The notes under the pieces: generated by a model
What the model was told of the DNA's origin: nothing
Seen by the model: only the letters and a program-made list of their open reading frames with translations
Databases searched by the model: none
Program-made: the position numbers and the translations under genes
Shown: in pieces, positions 51,901 to 64,000 of the stretch
Layout: the number at the start of each line of letters is the position of its first letter
How positions within the stretch are numbered: the stretch's first letter is position 1
Assembly: GCA_964016885.1 (NCBI GenBank)
Contig: OZ024740.1
Coordinates: forward strand, 194,866,001 to 194,930,000
Length of the DNA: 64,000 nucleotides
Direction: 5' to 3'
From: Eledone cirrhosa
Taxonomy: Eukaryota

Positions 51901-54900
51901 ATCATCTAGAAATATTGCAATAGATTGGTGTATTATCTAAGAGAGAATTTATTTCTCATCTATATCACATCATAAAAGTAATATAATGGATCTTTGTCAG
52001 TTTTAGGAGATCAGATGTGTGACCAACTGCACTACTTATTCACTGAATTAACATACAAGTGGATGAGTATCCCATAAGCAAGTGTACCTTTAACATAATC
52101 CTCAGGCTGAATCAGCATGTAACAGAATGTGACAAGCCTGGTCTTTTAAATTTATCATTATCATCATCCTTTTATATCCTTAGTTCCATGCTTGCATGGA
52201 TTAGATGGGTCCTTCTCAATACACCATTTATCCACTTGTTGCATTCCTTTGTCATCTAATTTATGAGTTTCAGTGGTTTGAGATTAGCTCTCACCACTTC
52301 TATCCGGTCTTTCTTGGTCTTCCTCTACTGTGGCTTCCTTCCATTGGGATTATTTGACACTTCTTAACCTTGCAATCATCATTCATGCACATCACATGGG
52401 ACAATAATTCTAGTGGGGTTCTACAAAGTTTCTGTTTACCCAGATTTACTAACAAGACTTGGGGCAACTTAAGGTTATAATAGACAACACTTTTCCTGAT
52501 GCTAAACATTGAGATTGAACTCAAGACTTCATGATTGTGAAACAAACATCTTAATCATTAAGCTATACTGCAGCCATCAATCATATCATAAAACTCAAGA
52601 TAAAGGAATCAATCGACAATATTCCAGACCTCATTCACTTTCTGAGTAGGACGGAACTAGTAAAATTGGACAAAGGAAACAATGTTTTCATTGGTCTTTC
52701 TATTGCTGAAACTATCTACCAATCACAACTCTTGGCAGAAACAGCAACATGAAATAAAGTGTCTTTCTCAAGGACATAACACATCGCCCAGTCAGGGAAT
52801 TGAACTTGCAGTCTCATGATTGTGAATCCAATTCTCCAACCACTAAGTCACATACCTTCACAGTTCTTAAAACAAAACAAAAACCCTGGAGTTGACAACA
52901 AAACCTCTGTTTAAAAACCTGTCAGATGGTCTTGTAAAATAGACTCACCCTACCTTCAAACATGCTAAGAAAATGGATTTGCCTTATCCATTGAACACCG
53001 CTCTGTAAATGATATATGTTTATCCTTGATTGATAACCTTTCATTTGATACATTAACCTCTCAAATTACACATCAAGATTTTAGTTCAGCCTCTTTAATT
53101 ATTTTAGAATGTTTACAACTTCTTGGCTATGTGATTATAAAAACTCACAAAAATGTAAAGATTTTGAAGAATCTCCAATATTCACCTCAAGTCTATGTCA
53201 GTCAGGTTTGTATTTTTGAAAGATTTTCCTGACAATAATTTCTTGCACTAGGATTTATTTTCAAGACACTAAGCATTGCATGTCCTTTGGGAGCAAAAGA
53301 ATTATACTTTCACAAGGTATTGATCATTTAGCCAAATATTTATTATTTTTGTATGATCTTGTAACACCTGATGGAGTCGTAGCATTACTGCATACGGCAT
53401 TTCATGGGCATTTTAAGCTTGGCGAAGCCTATTCCTCTCCAGGTCTGAACACAGCAGATTTCTTCCAAAGAAGGATAGAAAATGGAAGAAAGGAAGTGAG
53501 AAAGAGATACAGAGGAAGAATCAACCCCAGTACTAGGTTGGTACTTCTTTTATCGACCTCGAAAAGATGAAAAGTAAAGATGACCTCGATGGGATTTGAA
53601 CTCAGACAACAGAGAGCCAAAACAAATACCAACATTCTAATGATTCTGCAAATATGCCACCTAAAATTTATTAATATGTATACTAAAACAAATGCACACA
53701 CCTCATTACATTAATCATATTATAATTAAGTTTGAAATTATTATCATTTTTTATGTAGTTGTGTTACATAGTGTAAATAAACATAGATTATAATTTATAT
53801 GCAGTTTTCCATGCTTCTTATTTAATAGACTGAGTTTTTAGCCTTCTAGTTCTTCTTACATCTAAGTTTTTTCTATTGTGTATATTCACTACAGACTGTA
53901 CCTGTAATTCAAAGAGCCAGCCTTGTCACATACTGTGTCATACTGAATCTCCCTGATAATTAGGTTAACACTTATGTGTCTGTAGAATATTCAGACACTT
54001 ATATGGTAATTTTTATGAGTATGGCTTTTCATTGATAGAACAACTGGAACATTCAGTGTCAAAAGTGATGAAGGTTTGTTTACTATCACACTAACATCAC
54101 CAGTTATCTGCAAATGTTCATTTGTTCACATGCACATGTATACACCTACAACACTAAAAAAAAATCCTGCAAACACACACACTTTCATACTTAATTGTGC
54201 AATAATAGCACAAATATATTTCCACCACACACATTCAAATACTTATCTCTATTTAGATAAGAAGTATATTGTAAAATATCTTAACAACTTTGCATTTCTA
54301 ATAAGATTCTTAGTTATTATTTTTTAAAATTCTGTTTCTTCTTAATGATGAAAGAGGGAGAGAGAAAGAAAAAGTAAATTAAAAAATATATATATTTTAA
54401 TTTAATAAACAATGAAAGAGAGTGAAAACCATTTATAATTTAAAACTTGAGGCTTATCTTGTATGAAACTTGAACATGGAAAATAAAAATACAAATAATA
54501 TTTTATATTTGATAACTAAGTAACTAAGTATAATCTCCATTGAGGTTTTATTTTATTTATGTGTCCTAGTGACTTTTAATAAGTTCAATGATCTCAACAA
54601 TGAAATATATTCTAGATATCTTCCAAGTGTCATTTCCAAAGTAAATTTTAATAAGAATGCTGAATAGATTACATACATACCTTAGAGAAAATATATTACA
54701 GTGTGTATCACATCATAATGTTGATATAAAAATGCAAAGGTCTTACAGAATGATATAGAAATGTCACATAATGAATGAATAAACAACTTGTAAACAAGTT
54801 TCCATATTTTTTTTGTTTTTGTTTATTGCTATTGTTGTTGTTGTTAGATCGTGTAGCAGAAGCAGTAGTGGTTAGCAGTGTTGTATTATATTTTATACAT

Positions 54901-55208
54901 ATAAATATTTATATATGTTTGTATTGTATTGTTCTCCTGTCTTATTTTTGCTTGTTGACTTTTCTTATAAGATATATACATGCTTTAGGCAAGAGTTAAT
55001 TTCAAACATCACCTAGAATATGTAATATACGGAGGAAAAAAAACAAGAAAAAAAATGAGCTAAATGAAAAATGAAAACAAAAAACAATAACAAAACAATG
55101 AATAAGAGTTCAAGGTATATGTGAGGAAATAACAAAGAAGAAATCAACATTTGGGCAATGGTCCTTTATCAAGAACAGAAAAGATGGGGAAAAAGTGAAG
55201 AATATTAA

Positions 55209-55410
55209 CCCTTTAGCATTTACATTACTCTATATATATACTATTGTATTTTCACAGAAAAGGCTTTATCTCACATAATCTATGAGATTTTAATGTTATT
55301 TATTTTGAGAACAATACCTCACTATCAGTATGAGCAGATGGTTACGGTTGGTTTGAACAGAAAGAGGTGAAAGAATTCTGGCTGGATATGGCGGTTTAAA
55401 TACTAAAGGG
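55209..55410. mobile_element. piggyBac-type MITE
   Basis: TTAA|CCCTTTAGCATTT...AAATACTAAAGGG|TCAA. Confidence 0.78.
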
Positions 55411-57049
55411 TCAAGTGGAAAAAATGGTGTTAATTTAGTTTAGTAACATGTTGAAAGGCAGAATGGAAATTGGTAGAAATGTGTAGAATACAGTTCTGAA
55501 GTGAAAAAGAGGGAAATCTGAGGAGGTGAGAGAAGCATGGAAATGTATAAGGAAGTATAAATGTTAGGTGTGTGTGTGTGTAGGGAATTGTATGTAAGCA
55601 TGTTGTATGAGTGTGGTGTGTGTGTAATGGCAATGTCTGGGGGATTCTGTGTATGGAGTAGACAGTATGTGACGGGATGTGAGAATGTGTGTGCAGTAGA
55701 TAGGTAGTGTTGGATGAAAGTGGGAGTGCATGTGTGGCAGCTAGGTAGTATGTGGGAGATGTGTGAGTGTATATATGTAAGATAGTGTGTGACAGATAGA
55801 TAGTGTGGGAGGGAATGTGTGTGTATGTATGTGTGGAAGGTAATGTGTGATAGTGTGGAAGTGAGTGTGTTTGTGTGTGTGGAAGATACTGTGTGATAGA
55901 TAGATAGTGTGAGAGTGAGTGAGTGTGTGCATGCATGTGTGTGTGTGGATAGGGGACATGAAATGCATGTTAGTGTGTTTAAGGTCTGTAGGGCTAGTTT
56001 TTGGAATAAAGAAGTGTTTTTCAAGGAGGGCAACTTGATTATTAATTCCAGCTAGGGTAGCTGTGTGAAATTGGAAAAATGTATTGCTGTTCACAAACAA
56101 AGGATTGGGAAGGCACTTCAGTTATGTCAAAAGTATGACAACCGTCTAAGTATTGGCAATCTAGCAGTAGAAAGCTTTCCAAATAATGAGTTGGGAATAC
56201 TGTTCTTTAGCTGCACATTCAATAGAATGTATGATGGTACATAAACAGGATGCAGACTCCTTGGCATGTCTTGGTGGTCAGTAGCCCTGCTTCAGTATTG
56301 ACTTGGTCTATGTAGACCCATACAACACTCACTGGCAGGGAAAGCGGACATTAAATGATGATGATGATGGTGGTGGTGGTGGTGGTGGTGGTGGTGGTGG
56401 TGATGATGATGATGATGGTGATGATGTCCACAATGCAAAAAGGAGACAAGAGATCCATGGTATTAGTCAATGCTGCAAACAGAAAGATACAATAGTCTGG
56501 AGAGTGCTATATACAGGCTACTGGCCTTGATAATCTAGCTTTGTTGTTTCAGATACACACCAAATGTTACTTAAACTGATCAACCAGTTTTATGCAATAG
56601 ATAATGTTTTGAGAAGTACAGTTGAAAAGGTTTGTAACATGAAAGAAGGGTGATGACATTCTGGATGATAGGGACAGGTGTGGGAGTGGGAGTAAACAAA
56701 GGATCATAGTTTGTGGTTTGGTGTAATGAGGGACAAAGGAACTATATTATGGACTAAAAGATCATGCAGATTGTGGCTGAATCTGAAGGAAAAAAAAGGT
56801 GTTTAGAAAAGATATGGAAGTAGTGGGATCATACTGAAGATATGTTCCTAAAGTTGGTGCACTTATGAGTTTGGGTGGTGGAATAGTAGGTGAAGAGGCA
56901 GGGATAGCAGTTGAGTAAAGGGCAAGAGGTTGGAGGTTCAGTTAAAAGAAAAGTGTGATAGCAGGCTGTGTTATCTACTATAACCTTGACACAAACAATG
57001 TCCTATGAATGAAATACATAGATGGAAACCAGATGAAGCCTATCATGTG

Positions 57050-57080
<31 letters not shown>

Positions 57081-58091
57081 GAGTGAATATGTATGTGTGT
57101 ATTTGTTTTACATTCACACCACTAGCATTGACATTTGTTTATGTCCCACATAAACAGAGATGTTGTGATTCAACAGTTTGGTGTGCAAAAATCAGTAACT
57201 TACATGAAAAAATACAAGTAAGGTTTGACATAGAGCCGCAGAGTACTGCCTCAAAATATACTTTATTCAACCCATGCTACTATGGAAAAAGAAACACATA
57301 AAAAAACGATGATAATATAGATATAAGACTATGATAAAATAATTTCTTTCAGGTACAGTGAATTGCATTTAGGAAGATTTTCAGATCTAAAGATTTTGGT
57401 TGTATGCTAAGGTCTGTCAACTTTACAACTTACTATATGTCAAAAAATAGATAAATCACCAAGGAAAATTACTCAGAATGTCAGCCTGAATCTTCTAACC
57501 TGTCTAAGCTTTCAATGGAAAAAACTATTAAATAAAAAGTTGGGAAATATTTTGTCCATAAAATACGAAGAAATATTTCACTGAGGAGAGAAAATCTGTT
57601 TATTTTGTGTTTTATTTTGAGCCTATCTCTCATTCTCAATGAGGGTATACACATATATATGTGTGTGTGTACATATATATATATATGCAAACACACACAC
57701 ACTTGTATACATACACTAGTCTCCCCCTCTCTCTCTATGTATATATCATCATCATCATCATTTAATGGACATTAATTGATGATATATGTGTGTGTATGTG
57801 TGTGTGTTAATGTTAATAGAGGCATACATGAAAGCATATGAAGGTGTATGGCTTAGTGATTAGCGTATTTGGCTGACAATCATCAGATCATGAGTTCAAT
57901 TCCCAGTGGCCCACTGTGTCCATTTTGTTCCAATCCATTCAGCTGTCCCTGTAATTGAAAAGGCCAGCCATGTGACATTCTGTGTCATGCTGGATCTCCC
58001 TGAGAACTACATTAAGGGTACACGTGTTTGTGGGATACTCAGTCACTTGCATGTTAATTTCTTGAGCTAGCTGTTCTGTTGATCTTATCAA

Positions 58092-58500
58092 AATAATTGT
58101 TTCTACTTTAGGCACAAGGCCAGCAATTTTGGGGGAGGGGAAAGTTGATTAAATCGACCCCAGTGCATGATGGGTACTTTAGTTTATCGATCTTGTAGGG
58201 ATGCAAGGCAAAGTTAACCATGGCAGGATTTAAACTCAGATCGTAAAGGGCCGCAACTCTGTGCCACAAAGCATATTGTCCGATGCCCTACCGACTCTGT
58301 CAAACCACCAATCTTATCAAATAATTGTTTCTACTTTAGGCACAAGGCCAGCAATTACCAGTGCATTACTGGTACTTTATTTTATCGACCCCGTAAGGAT
58401 GAAAGGCAAAGTCAACCTCGGCGGGATTTGAACTCAGATCGTAAAGGGACGTAACTATGCTGGAAAGCATGGCGTCCGACCCTCTATCGATACTGCCAAT
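58092..58500 (-). mobile_element. Two tandem tRNA-derived SINEs
   Basis: Same family; ATCTTATCAAA.AAT repeated at the junctions. Confidence 0.88.
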
Positions 58501-58898
58501 CTTATCAAATAATGAACTATAATTGATCGTCTCTGAGGAAGACAGTGAGATGGATCTGGAGTATTGAAACTAATAATATGTGGTTACATAACTTCTATCA
58601 ATTAGTAATTATATTGATTTATCATGATCAATCAATCTTCTGAAACAATCACAAAACAATGAACTGATTAAGCACCAAGCTTTGCCTTTTGTTTTTATTG
58701 TTCAATATATATATATAACTTTGTAGTTCATTTAGAATGCACAACAGAATCTGATATGATGAAAGCCCACCACAAAAATGAAAACTCTCATCACTTGATC
58801 TTGTTGGAATTATTACTTCAGGACTACATGGAGTTCTAACAATGTTATTGGTCCTACCATAGACAGGTAGATACCAATATATATATATATATATATAT

Positions 58899-59225
58899 TG
58901 GAGGCACATGGCTTAGTGGTTAGAGCATTGGCCTTGCAATCAAAGGGTTGAGTTCAATTCTCAGACCGGGTGATGTGTTGTTTCCTTGAGCAAGAAACTT
59001 TATTTCACATTGCTCCAGTTTACTCAGCTGTAGAAATGAGATGATAGGACTGGGGTCCATATCATTCCACTGCAAAGTGGTCGTGGAGGTGCCACGGAAA
59101 AAAAGCACCCAGCACTCACTGTAAATGAGGTTGGTGTTAGGAAGGGCATCCAGCTGTAGAAATCAAGCCAGAATCAGTTCCCATCCCACTCTTGCAAGCA
59201 GGGAGAAGCGGATGTAAAATGATAA
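58899..59225 (+). mobile_element. tRNA/CORE-like SINE with RTE-B-derived tail (inverted copy at 60445-60772)
   Basis: A box TGGCTTAGTGG, B box GAGTTCAATTCT, CCTTGAGCAAG.CACTT..CAGCTGTAGAAATGAG, then 59068-59172 matching the RTE-B 3'UTR. Confidence 0.85.
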
Positions 59226-60110
59226 TGCATGTCCCCAAAATATTTATATACACTTCAACAACATTCTCATAAATATTGCTTGCACAGGTAATCAAAGTGT
59301 CTACATTTTTTGGGGACACCCTGTGTATATATATTTTTAAAAAAACAAGCTGTTTCTTATGATTTAATTATTCTCCATCCAAACCTGCATTGTCGTGTGT
59401 TTCAAACTTCAAATTATATATACCATATACAATACTTCAAGTAAACTACAAATTCCTTCTATATATATATATAATATCATCATCATCATTTAACGTCCAT
59501 TTGTCATGCTAACATGGGTTAGTCGGGTTGCCTCGTTGTGAGACAAGCCAGGTCCGATGACCATGACTTGTTCATACAGGACTGGTCTGGACTTGGCTTC
59601 TATGGCTGGATGACCTTCCTAACATATTTAGTATATGCTGGGTGATTTTTGTCATGTCTCCTACACGACCACTTTACAGTGTGGGCTGGGCACTTTTTGT
59701 TGTGTCACCTACACGTCCACTTTACAGTCTGGGCTGGGCACTATTATCTATATATATATAATTGTTTCTATTTTTGGCACAAGGCCAGCAATTATCCCAG
59801 TGCATTACTGGTACTTTATTTTATCGACCCCGTAAGGATGAAAGGCAAAGTTAACCTCAGATTGTAAAGGAGCGTAATTCTATGTTTTAATGCATATATA
59901 TATATATATATAATTGTTTCTACTTATGGCACAAGGCCAGCAATTACCCAGTGCATTACTGGTACTTTATTTTATCGACCCCCGTAAGGATGAAGGCAAA
60001 GTTAACCTCGATATATAATAGCACTTTGTTTGAAGAGTAATCGAATTGTTTGTGGCAATCACAAAGCATGCATATATATATATATATATATATATTAAAT
60101 GCATATATAT

Positions 60111-60395
60111 ATATTTATTAAAATAACAGATTAAAGTTTAAGCAAAGAATCGCTGCTTTCACCTTTAACGGGATCTTCTGAAACTAACAAAGTCAATCTA
60201 TAAACGCAGAAGTGGATATTTCAAAAAACGTTGCAAACGTTGACTTTGTTAGTTTCAGAAGATCCCGTTATGGGTGAAAGCAGCAATTCTTTGCTTAAAC
60301 TTTAATCTGTTATTTTAATAAATATTTGCTCTATGGTTCTTATATATTTGATATATATTTATCCTTTGGATTTTAGTCTTCAAATTTATTATTAT

Positions 60396-60400
<5 letters not shown>
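60111..60400 (+). mobile_element. Fold-back element of the 37669 family, variant HHR at 60251-60301
   Basis: 60111-60200 inverted versus 60241-60326; (TA)n flanks. Confidence 0.75.
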
Positions 60401-60430
<30 letters not shown>

Positions 60431-61561
60431 TTTCATTCATTTCATTTCATTTTACGTCCGCTTTTCCCTGCTTGCAAGGGTGGGACGGGAACTGATTCTG
60501 GCTTGATTTCTACACCTGGATGCCCTTCCTAACACCAGCCTCATTTACAGTGAGTACTGGGTGCTTTTTTGCGATGGCGCCTACACGCCCACTTTGCAGT
60601 GGAATGATAGGGACCCCAGTCCCTATTATCTCATTTCTACAGCTGAGTAAACTGGAGCAATGTGAAATAAAGTGTCTTGCTCAAGGAAACAACACATCAC
60701 CCAGTCTGAGAATTGAACTCACAACCTTTCGATTGCAAGGCCAATGCTCTAACCACTAAGCCATGTGCCTCCATATATATATCATCAGGTGCCGAATTGG
60801 CAAAATCATTATAATATCAGATAGAATGCTTTATGGTATTTGTTCCAACTCTCTGCTCTCTGAGTTCAAATCCTGCCAAGATCAAATTTGCCTTTCATCC
60901 TTTTGAGGTTAATAAAAAAAATGTAGCAGGCTAGTACTGGGGTCGATTCTTCCTCACTCTGGAAGAAATCTGCTGTACGCAGGCCTGGAGAGGGATGGGC
61001 TCCGCCAGAATTAAAATGCCCCCAAAACACTGTATGTCTATATGGCACCCCTACGACTCTATCAGGAGTTACGAGACCATACATACATCCTCATCATCAT
61101 CTCCGTTTAATATCCATTTTTCCATGCTGGCATATGCACAACCATAGTTTTTAGAAAGACCTTGCTAAATTACTAGATATATTTCAATCTAATTTTAAAT
61201 CCTGTTAGAATGAATATCTGATAATACATACCAGCTTTAAAAACTGTTCCATTTTTCTATGTCGTTTAGTTATATATGTGCACACACAGACCATACATTA
61301 TTTTGAATGAAATGACATGAAAAATGAAAGTATATATGCTGAAATAAATATATACATACTCTATAATTTTTCCCAGAACATAGATCTATGTTTCAGAGAT
61401 GTGCACATAAAATACACGAATATATGAATTTCAATTTTTTATGTTAAATGCTGAAACATGTTGATTTATTCTTTTCCTGCCTCATTTTAGAGAAGTCACT
61501 TTATGTATTATTGAATTATTCTGTTTACTAACCTTTTACAGCAATATTCTTGTTATTTTAA

Positions 61562-61780
61562 CCCTTTAGCATTCACATTACTCTATATATACTATTGTAT
61601 TTTTGTAGTAAAGACTTTATCTTACATAATTATCTCACATAATATCGAATCTATGAGATTTTGATATTAATTATTTTGAGAACAATACCTTAACATCAGT
61701 GTAAGCAGCCAGTTTCAACTGGTTTGAACAAAAAAAGGTGAAACATTTCTGCGGATACAGCCGCTTTCAATGCTAAAGGG
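61562..61780. mobile_element. piggyBac-type MITE
   Basis: TTAA|CCCTTTAGCATT...AATGCTAAAGGG|TTAA; perfect TIR and TSD. Confidence 0.88.
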
Positions 61781-63019
61781 TTAAAGAAAGATGTGCTCAT
61801 ATGCAAAGATGCTATACAACAGCTTATAAAATGGGTGAAGACACTTAAAAGATGAAAAAGGAAGTTGCCATCACTTGATATAAGGAAATGAACACCATAT
61901 CTTCCAGATACTGGCTAGGCACTTTTAACCATTAAGTGCCTAGCCAATAACTGGGAGATTTGGGGTTTGATTCTTCATAGTAGCTGATGCCAACTTCTTT
62001 TCCCATCTTTTAAGGGTTCTCACCCTATTCCTTAAGCTATTTTATAGTGTCTCCATGCACGAGTATATCATTCTTTATATTCACGCTCAGAGTTGATGAA
62101 GCATGGAACAAACTACCTACATCAGTTGTTAGCTGTCAGGATACTGCATCCTTCAAACTTCAATTGCTTCCCAAAATTCCCCAACACTACACCTGATATT
62201 CTCCCTCCATACACAACGCATGCATATGTGTGTCTGTGTGTATCATGACTCATACACTGTTTGCTTTCCTGACATTTGTACATAATTCTATGTACAGCAC
62301 ACATTGTAAATGTGGTTGATGTTAGGAAGGGCATCCAGCCATACAAAACCAACCTGAAACAGTCCTATATGAGCAAGACATGTTCACCCGACCCAACTTG
62401 TCTCATATGGGACAAACCCGTCTAACCCATGCTATCGTGGAAGATAGCTGTTAAACGATAATCATGATGATGATGATGATGATATACATGCACCTTTGAT
62501 GAGTTATAGTGCACCTGAGCACTGTACACAATAATTTTCATTATCATTATGATAACTTCATTTTCTCAGCACTTTGTAAGAGTACATGAGATCAGCTACA
62601 ATCTTTATTCTTGTTATATTTATGAAATATTTATTACCATTACTTTCCAAATTTTAATTTTTGACAATAAATTCCGAAGGTCATGCACTTTTAATGTAGT
62701 GATTTACACATATGTAGCCTGGTTGTAATTTGTGGAAACACTAGGTTGTATAAGCCCATATCTTACTCCTTTCTCAATGACTGCTCATGACAACACGGTG
62801 TATATAATTTAACAACACATTTCTTCTAGAACATGAATTGATTTCCAAGGAAAACATATTCAATACATATTTCATATGTCATTTTGTATTATCACTCTGA
62901 AAGTGAGATATTCACTAAATTTTACACAAAGAGAGAAATATCCTCATTATATTTTCAAAATGTATATTCATATTCATATTATTATTATTATATGTATGTA
63001 CTAGCCTTAATCACACAGC

Positions 63020-63083
<64 letters not shown>

Positions 63084-64000
63084 GAGAGAGAGAGAGAAAG
63101 AGAGAGACATATGTATGGCTGTGTGATTAAGGCTAGTACTCAATGTGTGTTTAAGTATAGTATTTAGCAAAATCCCAGCAGAGACACCAGTCTGTTTTGG
63201 TTAGCCTGCAAGCTAGCTGAAACAGAATGGGCCCGACTTTGAGATATTACAAATTGCTTGCGCCTAATACCTCCAGGCTATCGGAGGTCAACTCTCCCTG
63301 CCTACTCATCATTCTATCAAATTTCACCACACCTGCCATGCAGCCATAATATCCCTTTATATAGCAGAAAGGACTCTGCAAGTGACACAATAACCAACAA
63401 CTTTTCCAGTGCAGGTGTCATGAAAATGCAGCCAGCACATGCTGTAAGGTGGTTGAAGATAGGAAGATCACCCCACCGTAGAAACTATGCCACAAAAGGT
63501 CAAGAAGACATTTCAGTTTTGTCAAGAACACAATAACCTCTCTAGTGTTGTTGATCTAGATGATAAATGCACCCAGTACATGCTGTGAAGTGTTTGGTCA
63601 CAGGAAGGGCATCCACTCATAGGAAGCTTTCCAAACATAGGGTTCGGAAGATGTATTAGTGATCTACATGATAAATGCACCCAGTACACTCTGTAAAGTG
63701 GCTGGTGATAGAAAGGGCATCCAGCCATAGTAAACCGGCAAGCAAAATGTCAGGAGGACTCTTTTGTTGTGTCAAAGACATAAGACCCTCCCTATTAGTG
63801 GCATCACAATAAAACGTACTTAGTAAAGTGTAGGATTGTATGTAAGTGAGATGCAGGCCTCCAACCTATCTGAGAGGTCAGTGGCCCTTACGCAGTATAG
63901 ATTTGGTTTTTGAAGACACATCCAACCCATGGATGTTAAATGATATATATATATACATATATATATAGGCATCACGACAAAAATCACCCAGTACTCACTG

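Noticed and set aside
55145-55175. Hammerhead-like remnant on the minus strand
   Set aside because: Core degenerate (TTGATAA, no GAAA).

Overview
AT-rich, microsatellite-saturated eukaryotic DNA. The SINE/LINE repertoire suggests an animal, probably an octopus-type cephalopod (inference only). I found no convincing host protein-coding gene; almost every long ORF in the track is either a microsatellite artefact or a transposon fragment. Recognisable elements are several RTE-clade LINE families, a decayed near-full-length R4/Dong-like RLE retrotransposon plus a second partial copy, Tx1/L1, CRE-like, CR1 and Penelope (GIY-YIG) fragments, a decayed Helitron, tRNA-derived SINEs, and piggyBac and hAT MITEs. 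The hidden layer is a set of about a dozen loci carrying type I hammerhead ribozyme (HHR) motifs from several sequence families. Most sit in fold-back elements embedded in (TA)n. One is a four-unit tandem array (34.8-37.0 kb) with one minimal HHR per unit, resembling a retrozyme or a Penelope pLTR array.
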